From NCBI GenBank assembly GCA_963815415.1, contig CAWFGT010000011.1, positions 127,386 to 191,385 on the forward strand: a DNA stretch of 64,000 nt, given 5' to 3'. Below are positions 1 through 11,537 of the stretch, one piece after another. This stretch comes from an uncultured Actinomycetota bacterium. GTDB taxonomy: Bacteria; Actinomycetota; Actinomycetes; Actinomycetales; Micrococcaceae. The translations under genes were made by a program, and so were the position numbers. The notes beneath the pieces were generated by a model. It did no database searches, was not told the DNA's origin, and saw nothing but the letters and a program-made list of their open reading frames with translations. Position 1 is the first letter of the stretch. Each line of letters begins with the position of its first letter.

Positions 1-1665
1 CACGTTGCCGTGTTGCTGGTACGCCACTCCCCCGCTCCGGTCCGGCAAAAACCAGTACTTGTTCGGTTCCCACAAGGCCATCCAGGACAGTGAGTCCCCA
101 CCTTGACGGATAAGGCCGCGCGCAACCTCCCGGTCCCCCGCACCGGTGCCCGTGCCGGGTGCCCGGCGCAACAGCGCGAGCCAGACGGCCGCGAGGCAGA
201 CAATCCAGAAGATGATTCCGGAGGCCCCGAACAGGAACGCCTCGACGGCGCTGCGGCCCACAAAGACGCGGTCAAAATTGCCGGGGATCGGCAACGGAAG
301 GTACTGGCGCGCGAGTTCCGCGGCCAGGCCGAGAAGCCCGCCGTCGCGCTCCATCCCGTCGGACGCGAGCCACGCCGCACTGTAGCTGCAGGCCAGCACC
401 AGCCAGGTTCCGCCGACTGCCAGGCCGAGGCTGCGCCGGGACCCCGGCTCCGTCTCGACGCGGAACTGCCGCCGGTTGGCCCATAGCAGCCCCGAGAGCA
501 GCAGCGGGACGGCCAGGAGCGGAAGGATGTGGACAATGCCGGATCCTAGCACGGCGCCCGCATGCCGTCCCGGTGCGTGCGGGATGGAGGCAATCAAGAA
601 AAGGTACACGGCAGCCAGGCCCGCCACCGCGAGCTGGACGGCCACGGCGATCCTCAGTGCCAGCCGGCGGCCCTTGCGCAGGCCGTCGGCACAGATCAGC
701 AGGAGGATCACAGGCACGACGGCCAGGACGATGCCCAGCGGGCCGGCGAATCCGGCGCGCCCGGCCGCCAGACAGCCGACGTCGACGATTCCGCCGCAGT
801 TGGCCTGCAGCTGAGCCAGGGTGGGCACGGGGTTCAGCACAATGTCCCGCAGCATGGCGAGCGGGCCCGTCGGGCTGCGGACCGTGGCCGTGACGAGGGG
901 CCCGACGGCGAAGATCGCCACCGTCAGCGCCAGGAGGTTCCGCGCCTCGCTTCCGGTGGAGCGGTGCCGGTGCAGCCCGCTTTGGTCGCTCTGGATCCAC
1001 CAGCCTGCCGCCAGCCCGACGAGCGCGCCCGCCAGCCCAACGACCGTCTCGGGGTGCCCGGAATAGAGCACCAGCAACAGCGCCCCGGACACAACAGCGA
1101 TCCGCAGCCGGCGTTGCCAGAGCGCCGGCAGCAGGCCGCTGGCCGCCAGCACCACGGCGAGGACCGCGGCATAGGGGCCGATCAGCCGTGCGTCCACCAT
1201 CCGGCCGAGCCAGATGTCGCCGGCGAAGCGGAAGAGCTGGGTGACCAGCAGGAAGACCGTGACGGCGGCGAACTGGCCGGCGAAGAAGAACACGGCCGTG
1301 CGCAGGGTGCCAAGGTAGCGTTCGGCGAGGCCGAGCAACAACAGGATCATCAGGGACGCCGCGACGTAGGCGAGCAGGTTGGTCGCAAAAAAGAGCGACC
1401 CGAACATGGACCACCAGTGCCCTGCCTGCAGGCCGGGGGCGCTGACGGACGCGAAGCCCAGCAGTGAGGCGGGCGGCCCGGCAAGGAAGCTGCCGGTCAC
1501 GGCACCCGCTGCGAGAAACACGCCCAGGACGGCGAGCGTGAACGGTATCGCGCGGAAGTGCGCCAGCGTGCGGCGGACACCCGCACGGAACAGCGACGGA
1601 TCACCGTTGCCCGCGGCCGGGGCCGCGGCTGAACGGGAATCCGATGTGCCGCTGCCGTGGTTCAT
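1..1665 (-). CDS. Polytopic membrane protein with C-terminal DUF2156 / MprF-C (aminoacyl-lipid synthase-like) domain; 3' end lies outside the window
   Basis: Absent from the ORF track because it has no in-window stop. The reverse frame from ATG 1665..1663 stays open to position 1 (555 codons). It starts MNHGSGTSDSRSAAAPAAGNGDPSLFRAGVRRTLAHFRAIPFTLAVLGVFLAAG, followed by many hydrophobic helices. The last codons read RQGGDSLSWMALWEPNKYWFLPDRSGGVAYQQHGNV, typical of the start of a DUF2156 / lysyl-PG synthase C domain. The ATG overlaps the esterase stop as ATGA. Confidence 0.6.
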   Translation of the reverse strand, partial: MNHGSGTSDSRSAAAPAAGNGDPSLFRAGVRRTLAHFRAIPFTLAVLGVFLAAGAVTGSFLAGPPASLLGFASVSAPGLQAGHWWSMFGSLFFATNLLAYVAASLMILLLLGLAERYLGTLRTAVFFFAGQFAAVTVFLLVTQLFRFAGDIWLGRMVDARLIGPYAAVLAVVLAASGLLPALWQRRLRIAVVSGALLLVLYSGHPETVVGLAGALVGLAAGWWIQSDQSGLHRHRSTGSEARNLLALTVAIFAVGPLVTATVRSPTGPLAMLRDIVLNPVPTLAQLQANCGGIVDVGCLAAGRAGFAGPLGIVLAVVPVILLLICADGLRKGRRLALRIAVAVQLAVAGLAAVYLFLIASIPHAPGRHAGAVLGSGIVHILPLLAVPLLLSGLLWANRRQFRVETEPGSRRSLGLAVGGTWLVLACSYSAAWLASDGMERDGGLLGLAAELARQYLPLPIPGNFDRVFVGRSAVEAFLFGASGIIFWIVCLAAVWLALLRRAPGTGTGAGDREVARGLIRQGGDSLSWMALWEPNKYWFLPDRSGGVAYQQHGNV

Positions 1666-3089
1666 TTGCTCTCCCGGCCCGTGATCTGCCAGCGGGGAGC
1701 GAGGAATTCCAAGGCCTCGGGCAGCCCGGCGGAAGCCGTCTGCCAGGAGTGCCCGGTGTTGGCGATGACGCTCGTCTTCACGGTGAACCCGGCGGCGGAA
1801 GCGGCGTCGGCGAGCGTGCGCATGTTGTCCTGGAACTCCTGGTCCCGTTCACCGGCAGCGAAGTAGCCGGCATGGCCCTCGTAGCGGTTCCGCTGCATGA
1901 GCCACAGCGGGGTTTGCCGGTTGAAGGCCGCAGTGTCGCCTCCGTAGGCGGCCTGGACCGTCTTGTCGCGTTCCTTGGCCAGCGCCGGTTCCTTCTCGCT
2001 GGCGATCGCCACCACGTCGCTGTAGACATCCGGGTGGCGTGTGACCATCTGGACCGCGCAGGTGGCGCCGAAGGAGAAGCCGCCGGCCGCCCATACCCGG
2101 GGATCGGGATCGACGTCGAGCGTGGCTTTGATCCACGCCGGCACATCGACGGACAGGAAGGTGTCCGCCTGTGCGATGTCGCTGTCCAGGCACAGCGTGT
2201 TCGCGGACGGCGTGCCGTTCGGATCGACCACCACAGTCACGGGCGCGATGCCGTTGTGCCCTGCCGCGAAGCGGTCCAGCCGGGCCCGGAGCGCCCCGCC
2301 GACGAGCCAGTCCGAAGGACTGCCGGGCTGCCCGGCGAAGAGCACGAGGACGGGGAGTTCCGGCCGCGGCGAGCCCTGGTAGGCGGGCGGGAGGTAGACG
2401 TAGGCGTCCCGGCTTTTAAAGCCCGATACCGTGCCGGGGATCGCAGCCGTCCGCAGGGCACCGGCCGGCAGTCCGTCCGGAGGAACCCACTGGGAAAGTC
2501 CGACGGCGGGCGCCGTCCCGCGGGCGAGCCCGGGTTCCAGGGGCGGGATGCGGGCCAGGGCCGTTCCGGTGAGGTCGCTCACGGTCTGGTTCAGTCCGAA
2601 GTAGAGATTGATCTGGGCCTGGGAAAGCATCAGTGCACCCAGCAGGGCCGCCGTCGCCGCTGCCGTGCCGCGCCAGGCCGAAGCAGTGCTTCGGCGGGGG
2701 GCCGGCGGCGCGGTGGAGGATCGTCGGGAACGGGACCAGAGGCCCGTGAGCCGGAGCAGCCACAGCAGCAACGCCGCCACGGCGGGGAGCGCCCAGGCGA
2801 GGACTTCCTGCGGCAGTTCGCCGGGGAAGACAGACCACGCGTAGATGAGCAGCCAGTGAATGCCGGCAACGAGGGCGACGGCGAGGACGGCCAGCGCTGC
2901 GAGCAGCACGGCAGAGACGGCGGGGCGGCGGCGGCGGACGACGCTCCACGTGAGGTATCCGAGCCCGGCTGCACCGGCGGCCCAGGCGAACCACATCACT
3001 GGTCCGTCAACGAGCCTGATGTCTTGAATGGAATCCAAGGTCACTAGCGCCAGGTGCCGACCCCGACGACCGGTCCTGCTTCCAGCCAC
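1662..3089 (-). CDS. Membrane-anchored alpha/beta-hydrolase (putative esterase family, PF00756-like)
   Basis: 475-aa ORF with N-terminal TM helices (WFAWAAGAAGLGYLTW, LLAALAVLAVALVAGIHWLLIY), then an esterase core with the GxSxG elbow GGFSFGATCAV and HPDVY. The true start may be GTG at 3044 (TAGTG overlap with the DUF2550 stop) rather than 3089. Confidence 0.75.
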   Translation of the reverse strand: MAGSRTGRRGRHLALVTLDSIQDIRLVDGPVMWFAWAAGAAGLGYLTWSVVRRRRPAVSAVLLAALAVLAVALVAGIHWLLIYAWSVFPGELPQEVLAWALPAVAALLLWLLRLTGLWSRSRRSSTAPPAPRRSTASAWRGTAAATAALLGALMLSQAQINLYFGLNQTVSDLTGTALARIPPLEPGLARGTAPAVGLSQWVPPDGLPAGALRTAAIPGTVSGFKSRDAYVYLPPAYQGSPRPELPVLVLFAGQPGSPSDWLVGGALRARLDRFAAGHNGIAPVTVVVDPNGTPSANTLCLDSDIAQADTFLSVDVPAWIKATLDVDPDPRVWAAGGFSFGATCAVQMVTRHPDVYSDVVAIASEKEPALAKERDKTVQAAYGGDTAAFNRQTPLWLMQRNRYEGHAGYFAAGERDQEFQDNMRTLADAASAAGFTVKTSVIANTGHSWQTASAGLPEALEFLAPRWQITGRESK

Positions 3090-3475
3090 GAGGACAGGCC
3101 GGTGTAGGCGTCGAATCGCATGGCCAGCCGGAAATCCTCGCCCTCGTAACGGAGTTCAACGATCACAGCCTCGGGCTGGACCTTGACGAGTTCGGCCTCG
3201 GTGGGCTCGCGCCGGCCGAGCAGCTCAAGGGAGCTCCGCCGGAAGGTGTGTTTGGGGCGGACACTGAGCGAGATCAGCCGGAACCACTCGAGGTCATTGT
3301 CCTGATAACGACAAACCCCCATCTGCCAGCGGTTTCCCGCAGTGCAGATGGAGGCGTCCACGGTGCCGAGGGCACGCCGCAAGGTAAGGCGGCGCACCCC
3401 CGAAAGGCACAGTGCTAAGACCAGCAGCCCGAAAAGGGCGGCCAGAATGATGAACGGCAAACCAGGATCGTTCAC
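3044..3475 (-). CDS. DUF2550 membrane protein (conserved downstream of atpC in actinobacteria; Rv1312-like)
   Basis: C-terminal part of track ORF 3044..3802. It has one TM helix (PFIILAALFGLLVLALCL), then RWQMGVCRYQDNDLEWFRLISLSVRPK...FDAYTGLSSWLEAGP, matching the DUF2550 pattern. The start is assigned to GTG 3475 (or TTG 3478), just after the atpC stop at 3486. The upstream part of the track ORF overlaps atpC and is rejected. Confidence 0.75.
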   Translation of the reverse strand: MNDPGLPFIILAALFGLLVLALCLSGVRRLTLRRALGTVDASICTAGNRWQMGVCRYQDNDLEWFRLISLSVRPKHTFRRSSLELLGRREPTEAELVKVQPEAVIVELRYEGEDFRLAMRFDAYTGLSSWLEAGPVVGVGTWR

Positions 3476-3485
3476 CAAGGTAGTG

Positions 3486-3770
3486 CTAGCGGATCCCAGC
3501 AGTAGCTGCGTCACCCAGTTGGGCGTTGTCAGCAACAATGACCACCCGGTTGTTGTCGACGGAGAAGAATCCTCCGTCAACAGCCACGGCAATGCGGTCA
3601 CCGGAGACCGGCTCAATCGCCAGTTCACCTTCGGCCATAATCGCCAGCAGGGGCGAGTGGCCGGGCAGGATTCCGATTTCACCATCGCTGGTGCGGGCCT
3701 TGACCATCTTGGCCGCTCCGGACCACACGAAGCGGTCCGCTGCGACAATCTCAACCTCAAGCTCAGCCAT
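3486..3770 (-). CDS. atpC: F1 ATP synthase subunit epsilon (short, 94 aa)
   Basis: MAELEVEIVAADRFVWSGAAKMVKARTSDGEIGILPGHSPLLAIM... is the epsilon beta-sandwich domain. The ATG at 3770 lies 1 nt after the atpD stop. The longer track ORF (to 4031) overlaps atpD in another frame. Confidence 0.9.
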   Translation of the reverse strand: MAELEVEIVAADRFVWSGAAKMVKARTSDGEIGILPGHSPLLAIMAEGELAIEPVSGDRIAVAVDGGFFSVDNNRVVIVADNAQLGDAATAGIR

Positions 3771-3771
3771 A

Positions 3772-5259
<1,488 letters not shown>

Positions 5260-5306
5260 TTAAGTTTATCTTTGGTGCAGGTACAGCTGGGACCGATTCG
5301 AGCAGG

Positions 5307-6200
5307 CTAGGACGCGTTCAACGCGTCGGCACCGGCAACGATTTCGGAAAGCTCCTGCGTAATTTCAGCCTGGCGGGCAGTGTTGCGCAGACGCGTGTAC
5401 TTCTTGATGAGGTCCGTGGCGTTGTCGCCGGCAGACTTCATGGCCCGCTGGCGGGCAGCGAGCTCGGAAGCTGCAGCCTGCAACATGGCGGCGAAGATAC
5501 GTGATTCGATGTAACGCGGCAGCAGAGCATCGAGAACCTGCTCCGTTTCCGGCTCGAATTCGTAGAGCGGCAGGAGATCCGATTCGGATGCTGCAACCTC
5601 TTCGACGACCTCCAGCGGAAGCAGGCGGATGACCGTCGGCTCCTGCGTCACCATGGACTTGAAGCGGGTGTACACGACATGGATCTCGTCGACGCCGCCC
5701 TCTTCGTAGGCTGTTGCGAAGTCGGCCAGCAGTGCAGAGCTGACTTCCTGCGCGGTCGCAAACTCCGGCGCATCCGTGTTGCCGGTCCATACCCGCCCGT
5801 AAGGACGGTTCCGGAAGTCGAAGTACGCCTGCGCCTTGCGGCCCATCAGGAACGTCTTGACTTCCTTGCCTTCCTCGTGGAGCAGCTCAGCAAGGCCTTC
5901 GGCCTGCTTGAGCACACTCGCCGAGTACGAACCTGCAAGGCCACGGTCGGAGGTGATGACCAAGACGGCGGCCCGGCGGATCTGCTCCGGCTCGGTAACC
6001 AGCGGGTGGTCGATTTCGCTCTGGCTTGCAACAGCAGAAACGGCACGCGTGATCGCGTTTGCGTAAGGCAGTGAAGCTGCTACGCGTGCTCGGGCCTTGC
6101 CGATGCGCGAGGTAGCGATCAGTTCCATCGCCTTGAAGATCTTGCGCATCGACGTCGTCGAGCTGATCTTCTGGCGGTAGACCCGGATCTGGGCTCCCAT
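5307..6200 (-). CDS. atpG: F1 ATP synthase subunit gamma
   Basis: 297 aa. N-terminal [29 protein letters not shown] and C-terminal [16 protein letters not shown] are typical gamma coiled-coil ends. AAAGGA Shine-Dalgarno (SD) upstream. Confidence 0.95.
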   Translation of the reverse strand: MGAQIRVYRQKISSTTSMRKIFKAMELIATSRIGKARARVAASLPYANAITRAVSAVASQSEIDHPLVTEPEQIRRAAVLVITSDRGLAGSYSASVLKQAEGLAELLHEEGKEVKTFLMGRKAQAYFDFRNRPYGRVWTGNTDAPEFATAQEVSSALLADFATAYEEGGVDEIHVVYTRFKSMVTQEPTVIRLLPLEVVEEVAASESDLLPLYEFEPETEQVLDALLPRYIESRIFAAMLQAAASELAARQRAMKSAGDNATDLIKKYTRLRNTARQAEITQELSEIVAGADALNAS

Positions 6201-6276
6201 ACTTATCCTTTCCTAAGATCCCGATGGCCGGGACTGCCGGGACCCTGGCGGGTCCCGGCAGTCCCTGCCGGCGGAA

Positions 6277-7914
6277 CTAGCGCTTCTGCTTGACGATTTT
6301 TTCCTGGTCGACCTGAGCCTCGTCGATGGGGGCGTGCTCCTCGTGCCCCGCACCTACCAGGTAGCTGTCGCCCTCGCCGAAGAAGCCCTTCTTGAAGTCC
6401 ACAATCGCGGTCTTCAGTGCTTCTGCGGTGTCATCGCTCATCACGTTGGTCTGTGCCAGCGTGGTCAGGATGGAGGACTTGTGCTTGAGGTGCTCCAGGA
6501 ACTCGGTCTCGAAGCGGTTGATGTCCTCAACCGGAACGTCGTCGAGGTGGCCGTTGGTGCCGGCCCAGATGGACACAACCTGGTCCTCGACCGGGAACGG
6601 CGAGTACTGGCCCTGCTTGAGCAGTTCCATCAGGCGTGCGCCGCGGGTGAGCTGCTGACGCGAAGCCGCGTCGAGGTCCGACGCGAACATCGCGAATGCC
6701 TGCATGTCGCGGTACTGGGCCAGTTCCAGCTTCAACGTACCGGAGACCTTCTTCATGGACTTGACCTGTGCGGCGCCACCAACGCGGGAGACGGACACAC
6801 CCACGTCCACGGCGGGACGCTGGTTGGCGTTGAAGAGGTCCGACTGCAGGAAGATCTGGCCATCGGTAATGGAGATCACGTTGGTCGGGATGTAGGCGGA
6901 AACGTCGTTTGCCTTGGTCTCGATGAGCGGCAGGCCGGTCATCGAACCTGCACCGAGCTCGTCGGAGAGCTTGGCACAACGCTCCAGCAGACGGGAGTGC
7001 AAGTAGAAGACGTCGCCCGGGTAGGCTTCGCGTCCCGGCGGGCGGCGGAGCAGCAGCGATACTGCACGGTAGGCCTCAGCCTGCTTCGAGAGGTCATCAA
7101 AGACGATGAGGACGTGCTTGCCGCCGTACATCCAGTGCTGGCCGATGGCCGAACCGGCGTACGGTGCCAGGTACTTGAACCCTGCGGGGTCGGACGCCGG
7201 CGAAGCCACGATGGTCGTGTACTCCAGCGCGCCGTTGTCCTCGAGGGTCTGGCGGACTGCAGCGATCGTGGACGCCTTCTGGCCGATGGCCACGTAGATG
7301 CAGCGCACCTGCTTGGTGGTGTCCCCGGAAGCCCAGTTGGCCTTCTGGTTGATGATCGTGTCAATCGCGATTGCCGACTTGCCCGTCTGGCGGTCACCGA
7401 TGATCAGCTGGCGCTGGCCGCGGCCGATCGGGATCATGGCGTCGATAGCCTTCAGACCGGTCTGCATCGGTTCGTGGACCGACTTGCGCTGGGTCACGCC
7501 GGGCGCCTGAAGTTCCAGGGCACGGGTGGCCTCGGCCTTGATCTCGCCGAGGTCATCGATGGGCTGGCCCAGCGGGTCAACAACGCGGCCGAGGAAGGCA
7601 TCGCCGACCGGCACGGACAGAACCTGCCCGGTGCGGTGGACTTCCTGGCCTTCTTCGATGCCCGTGAAGTCACCGAGGATGATGACACCGATCTCGCGGA
7701 CGTCAAGGTTCTGGGCCAGGCCCAGCGTGCCGTCTTCGAAGCGAAGCAGCTCGTTCGCCATGACCGAGGGAAGGCCCTCAACACGGGCGATGCCGTCACC
7801 TGCGGTCGTTACACGGCCAACCTCTACGCGCTCCGCGTTTCCGGGTTCGTAGGACGCCGCGAACTCGTTCAACGCAATACGGACGTCGTCGGCGTTGATG
7901 GTCAATTCGGCCAT
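6277..7914 (-). CDS. atpA: F1 ATP synthase subunit alpha (with C-terminal extension)
   Basis: Walker A GDRQTGKS, full alpha homology. ATG 7914 ([10 protein letters not shown]) is preceded by a GGAGAG SD. The track start at 7947 is probably too far upstream. Confidence 0.97.
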   Translation of the reverse strand: MAELTINADDVRIALNEFAASYEPGNAERVEVGRVTTAGDGIARVEGLPSVMANELLRFEDGTLGLAQNLDVREIGVIILGDFTGIEEGQEVHRTGQVLSVPVGDAFLGRVVDPLGQPIDDLGEIKAEATRALELQAPGVTQRKSVHEPMQTGLKAIDAMIPIGRGQRQLIIGDRQTGKSAIAIDTIINQKANWASGDTTKQVRCIYVAIGQKASTIAAVRQTLEDNGALEYTTIVASPASDPAGFKYLAPYAGSAIGQHWMYGGKHVLIVFDDLSKQAEAYRAVSLLLRRPPGREAYPGDVFYLHSRLLERCAKLSDELGAGSMTGLPLIETKANDVSAYIPTNVISITDGQIFLQSDLFNANQRPAVDVGVSVSRVGGAAQVKSMKKVSGTLKLELAQYRDMQAFAMFASDLDAASRQQLTRGARLMELLKQGQYSPFPVEDQVVSIWAGTNGHLDDVPVEDINRFETEFLEHLKHKSSILTTLAQTNVMSDDTAEALKTAIVDFKKGFFGEGDSYLVGAGHEEHAPIDEAQVDQEKIVKQKR

Positions 7915-8000
7915 CTGCAGTCCCTGCTCTCCTGTTTTCGTGATCATCGTTGCTCACGATGACCGGGGTTTCGTTTCGTTAAGTTGTGCCTGTCCGGCAG

Positions 8001-8824
8001 TTATGCAAGCTGACGCTGGAGCTGCCCCAGGCGGGAGATGACGGAAGCGTCTACCACTTCGTCACCGACCTGGATGCGGATGCCACCGATCAGAGACGGG
8101 TCGACGCTCATGTTGATCTTGAGCTCGCGCCCGTACAGGGCGTTCAGCCCTGCCTGCAGACGGCTGGTCTGCTCCGATGTCAGCGGACGGGTGACGCTGA
8201 CCGTTGCAATCCAGCGCTGCTGGCGCTTGGCTGCAAGCTCTGCGAAACGACGGACCAGCCGGGTGACCTTGAGACCGCGCGGCTGCGAAACAGCCTGTCC
8301 AATGAGGACTTTCGCTTCGGCGCTGGCTCCGGGTACGAGCTTTTCAGCGAGGGCAATCTTGGCAGCCGGGCTCGCCTGCGGCTCGGACAGAGCACGCTGG
8401 ACGTCGTGGCTGGACTCCACGGTCTGGTTGAAGGAGAACAGATCGTTCTCCAGCGCTTCCAGTCCGCTGAGGCCGGTAGCTGCGACGGCCGACTTGTTCT
8501 CGGCAACGGCAATTACCACCGAAGCGGCAAGAGTCTCGAGTGCATCGCCGATATCCCGGGCCGATGCCCAGCGTGAGCTGGCCAATCCGCTCGTGATTTC
8601 CACAGCGTCAGCGGAGACTTTTCCGCCGATAAGCTGCTTGACCAGCGCTGACTTTTCGTCACCGTTGCGGGACGGGTCAGTCAGGGCCCGGCGCAAGCCG
8701 GCCGAGCTGTCCACCGTGCCCAGGATTCCGAAGAGTTCCTTAGCCAACTGCAGCGATGCGGTAGGAAGCTTGGCTTCCAGCGCCGCCAGCGCCGCGGTCA
8801 GCGATTCGCTCGATACACCTGCCA

Positions 8825-8825
<1 letters not shown>
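8001..8825 (-). CDS. atpH: ATP synthase subunit delta (long actinobacterial form, 274 aa)
   Basis: Position between atpF and atpA. OSCP/delta-like C-terminal part (RFAELAAKRQQRWIATVSVTRPLTSEQTSRLQAGLNALYGRELKINMSVDPSLIGGIRIQVGDEVVD). TAATG overlap with atpF. Confidence 0.9.
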
Positions 8826-9376
<551 letters not shown>

Positions 9377-9430
9377 TCACCCGTCCTTATCTACTCGGTT
9401 CTGGATGTTCGCTTGGTTCTAAAGCTCAGA

Positions 9431-9634
9431 CTAGAGAACGAAAGCGAAGACCAGGCCGAGGATGGCGAGGGCTTCAGTCAGCGCGAGGCCGAGGAAGGCG
9501 ATCGGCTGCAGCACGCGCTGCGCTTCCGGCTGACGTGCCACACCGTTGATGTAAGCGGCGAACACGAGACCAACACCGATACCACCGCCGATTGCGGACA
9601 GACCGTAACCTACGAGGTTGAGATTGCCTTGCAT
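9431..9634 (-). CDS. atpE: F0 ATP synthase subunit c
   Basis: 67-aa hairpin [67 protein letters not shown], with the GxGxGxG motif and an ion-binding Glu in helix 2. AAAGGA SD. The track ORF start at 9745 is spurious. Confidence 0.93.
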   Translation of the reverse strand: MQGNLNLVGYGLSAIGGGIGVGLVFAAYINGVARQPEAQRVLQPIAFLGLALTEALAILGLVFAFVL

Positions 9635-9713
9635 GTTTTTTCCTTTCAAGATGCCACCCGTGTGGCAGGTTGTTTGGGGTAGTTCATCCCCGTGAGGGGA
9701 AGTTTGTGGATGC

Positions 9714-10514
9714 CTAGTGGCTGTCCGCGTGCAGCGCGCCCTCAATGTAGATGGCAGTCAGCAGCGTGAAGACGTAGGCCTGGAGTGCCATGATCAGCGC
9801 CTCCAGCATGTACATCGCGATCGCACCGACCAGCACCAGCACGGAGGTGCCCTTGAGGAGGACGTTTTCCTGCATGATGAGGTACTCGATGCCGGAACCG
9901 GCGAGCATAACGATCAAGTGCCCTGCGAGCATGGTGGCGAACAGACGGAGGCTGTGCGTGACAGGCCGGACCAGGAAGTTCGAGATGATCTCGATCGGAA
10001 CAACGATCGGGAGGATGTAGAACGGAACTCCGGAGGGCACGGTGGCCAGCTTGAAGTATTTGATGCCGTTCTTCTTGATGCCGATGGCAATCCAGGTGAA
10101 GTAGACGATCCCTGCCAGCACATACGCGCCGCCCACGTGGGAGAAGCTCGGAAGCTGGATCAGCGGGATGGCGCCGTAGATGTTGTTCACCAGGATGAAG
10201 AAGAACAGGCTGAACAGCAGCGGGACATACTTCATGAAGTCTTTGCCGCCGATGATGTCCTTGGCAATGCTGTTCCGGACGAAGCCATAGGCCATTTCGC
10301 CTGCGAACTGCAGCTTGCCGGGAACGAGCTGGCGCTTACGCGCAGCCAGGATAAAGAATGTGGCGATAATAACGACCGAGAGGATCACCAGCAGCATCTG
10401 CTTGGAGAATCCTTCGGCCGCACCCCAGGGCAGAATAGCCGGCAGGTGCATTTCTTCGATTCCAGGAGGCGTGAAGGGTCCTGATTCTTGGGCCGGGAGC
10501 GCAAGCGCGATCAA
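9714..10514 (-). CDS. atpB: F0 ATP synthase subunit a
   Basis: 266 aa, polytopic, with the conserved Arg region ([14 protein letters not shown]). The start is TTG at 10514 and is uncertain by a few codons. Confidence 0.9.
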   Translation of the reverse strand: MIALALPAQESGPFTPPGIEEMHLPAILPWGAAEGFSKQMLLVILSVVIIATFFILAARKRQLVPGKLQFAGEMAYGFVRNSIAKDIIGGKDFMKYVPLLFSLFFFILVNNIYGAIPLIQLPSFSHVGGAYVLAGIVYFTWIAIGIKKNGIKYFKLATVPSGVPFYILPIVVPIEIISNFLVRPVTHSLRLFATMLAGHLIVMLAGSGIEYLIMQENVLLKGTSVLVLVGAIAMYMLEALIMALQAYVFTLLTAIYIEGALHADSH

Positions 10515-10605
10515 CGCGTTTCCTCTCTGCAGTGTCCATCATTGGGCGTTGGTCGGGCAGCGGCGACATTGCTGTCTGACACTCCCCGTGTGGAATTATT
10601 CGGCA

Positions 10606-10932
10606 TTACTGTTCCTCGTCCTCGGACGGGCCACGTGCAGAGTTATCCCCGCCCCGCGCTATTGCCGAGGTGAGGCCGTGCATATGAGAAAGATAGAACC
10701 CCCCAGCAGCTCCAAGCAGAGCGCCTGCGAGCACAATCCAGCGGGTTCCCCACAGATTATCCAGACCCCACCCTATCAAACTCCAGACGACAATTCCGCC
10801 AATAATATAGCTGAAGACGGCGATCCCGGCGTTGTATCCGCCGTCGTTGCTGTCCTCGGATACACCGGGGGCGCCGGCCGTTGTTTTGGGGGTCTGGGCC
10901 TTCGCCGGGCGTCCTGTTTTGCGGCTACGCAT
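10606..10932 (-). CDS. AtpZ/AtpI-family small membrane protein
   Basis: Two TM helices (GIAVFSYIIGGIVVWSLIGWGLDNLWGT; WIVLAGALLGAAGGFYL) immediately upstream of atpB. ATG 10932 overlaps the preceding gene by 8 nt. The track start at 11022 is rejected. Confidence 0.6.
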   Translation of the reverse strand: MRSRKTGRPAKAQTPKTTAGAPGVSEDSNDGGYNAGIAVFSYIIGGIVVWSLIGWGLDNLWGTRWIVLAGALLGAAGGFYLSHMHGLTSAIARGGDNSARGPSEDEEQ

Positions 10933-11410
10933 GACCGCCGCCTTCCGGGCTGTGGGGGTCGTTGTAGATCTGCAGGCGGGCCTTGCTGAAACCGTAAATT
11001 TCGGCGGCTTGCCATGACACAACGGTCACGACGGCGCCGGCGACGAACCAGCGGGCATGCAGCCAGTCCGGAGCCCCAATGACAAGAAGGACGACGGCGA
11101 ACCCGACGACCTTGATGAAGTAGGTGGCGACGAAGACGCCGATCGCGCCGGAGGGATTATTGCGGCCGACGATGTGCCCGACTGCGAGGCTGATGGCGAA
11201 AAACACCATGACCAGGATTCCGCCCAGGACGGTCGACCAGAGGCCCGTTCCGCCGCTCAGAAGAAGGGCAGCCAGGCCGGTCAGCACCAGGGCGCCGCCG
11301 GAGATTGCCGCACTCAGGGCCAGCAACCGCAACCACAGTGACGCGGTGGGACCGGAAACACCAACGGGTCCGGTTCCGGACGCGGGTCCGGGCTCGGCGT
11401 TGGAGGTCAT
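10925..11410 (-). CDS. ATP synthase protein I-like membrane protein
   Basis: 161 aa with four predicted TM helices. It is the first gene of the atp cluster, as atpI is in other actinobacteria. No diagnostic motif beyond topology and position. Confidence 0.55.
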   Translation of the reverse strand: MTSNAEPGPASGTGPVGVSGPTASLWLRLLALSAAISGGALVLTGLAALLLSGGTGLWSTVLGGILVMVFFAISLAVGHIVGRNNPSGAIGVFVATYFIKVVGFAVVLLVIGAPDWLHARWFVAGAVVTVVSWQAAEIYGFSKARLQIYNDPHSPEGGGHA

Positions 11411-11537
11411 GAGATCCCAATCGTCGCGGGTGGGTGCTGGTCAACAAGGCGGGCTGAAGACCGCCCCTGAATTCTACAGCAGATAGAAACGATAGAGAAA
11501 AGCATGTCGGCCGGCCGGGCTACTCCGGGTTCCGGGC

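Noticed and set aside
272-1467. Track ORFs 272..1414 (-) and 562..1467 (+)
   Set aside because: Both read as Arg/Pro/Gly-rich nonsense. The third reverse frame, absent from the track because it lacks an in-window stop, encodes a coherent polytopic membrane protein ending in a DUF2156 start.
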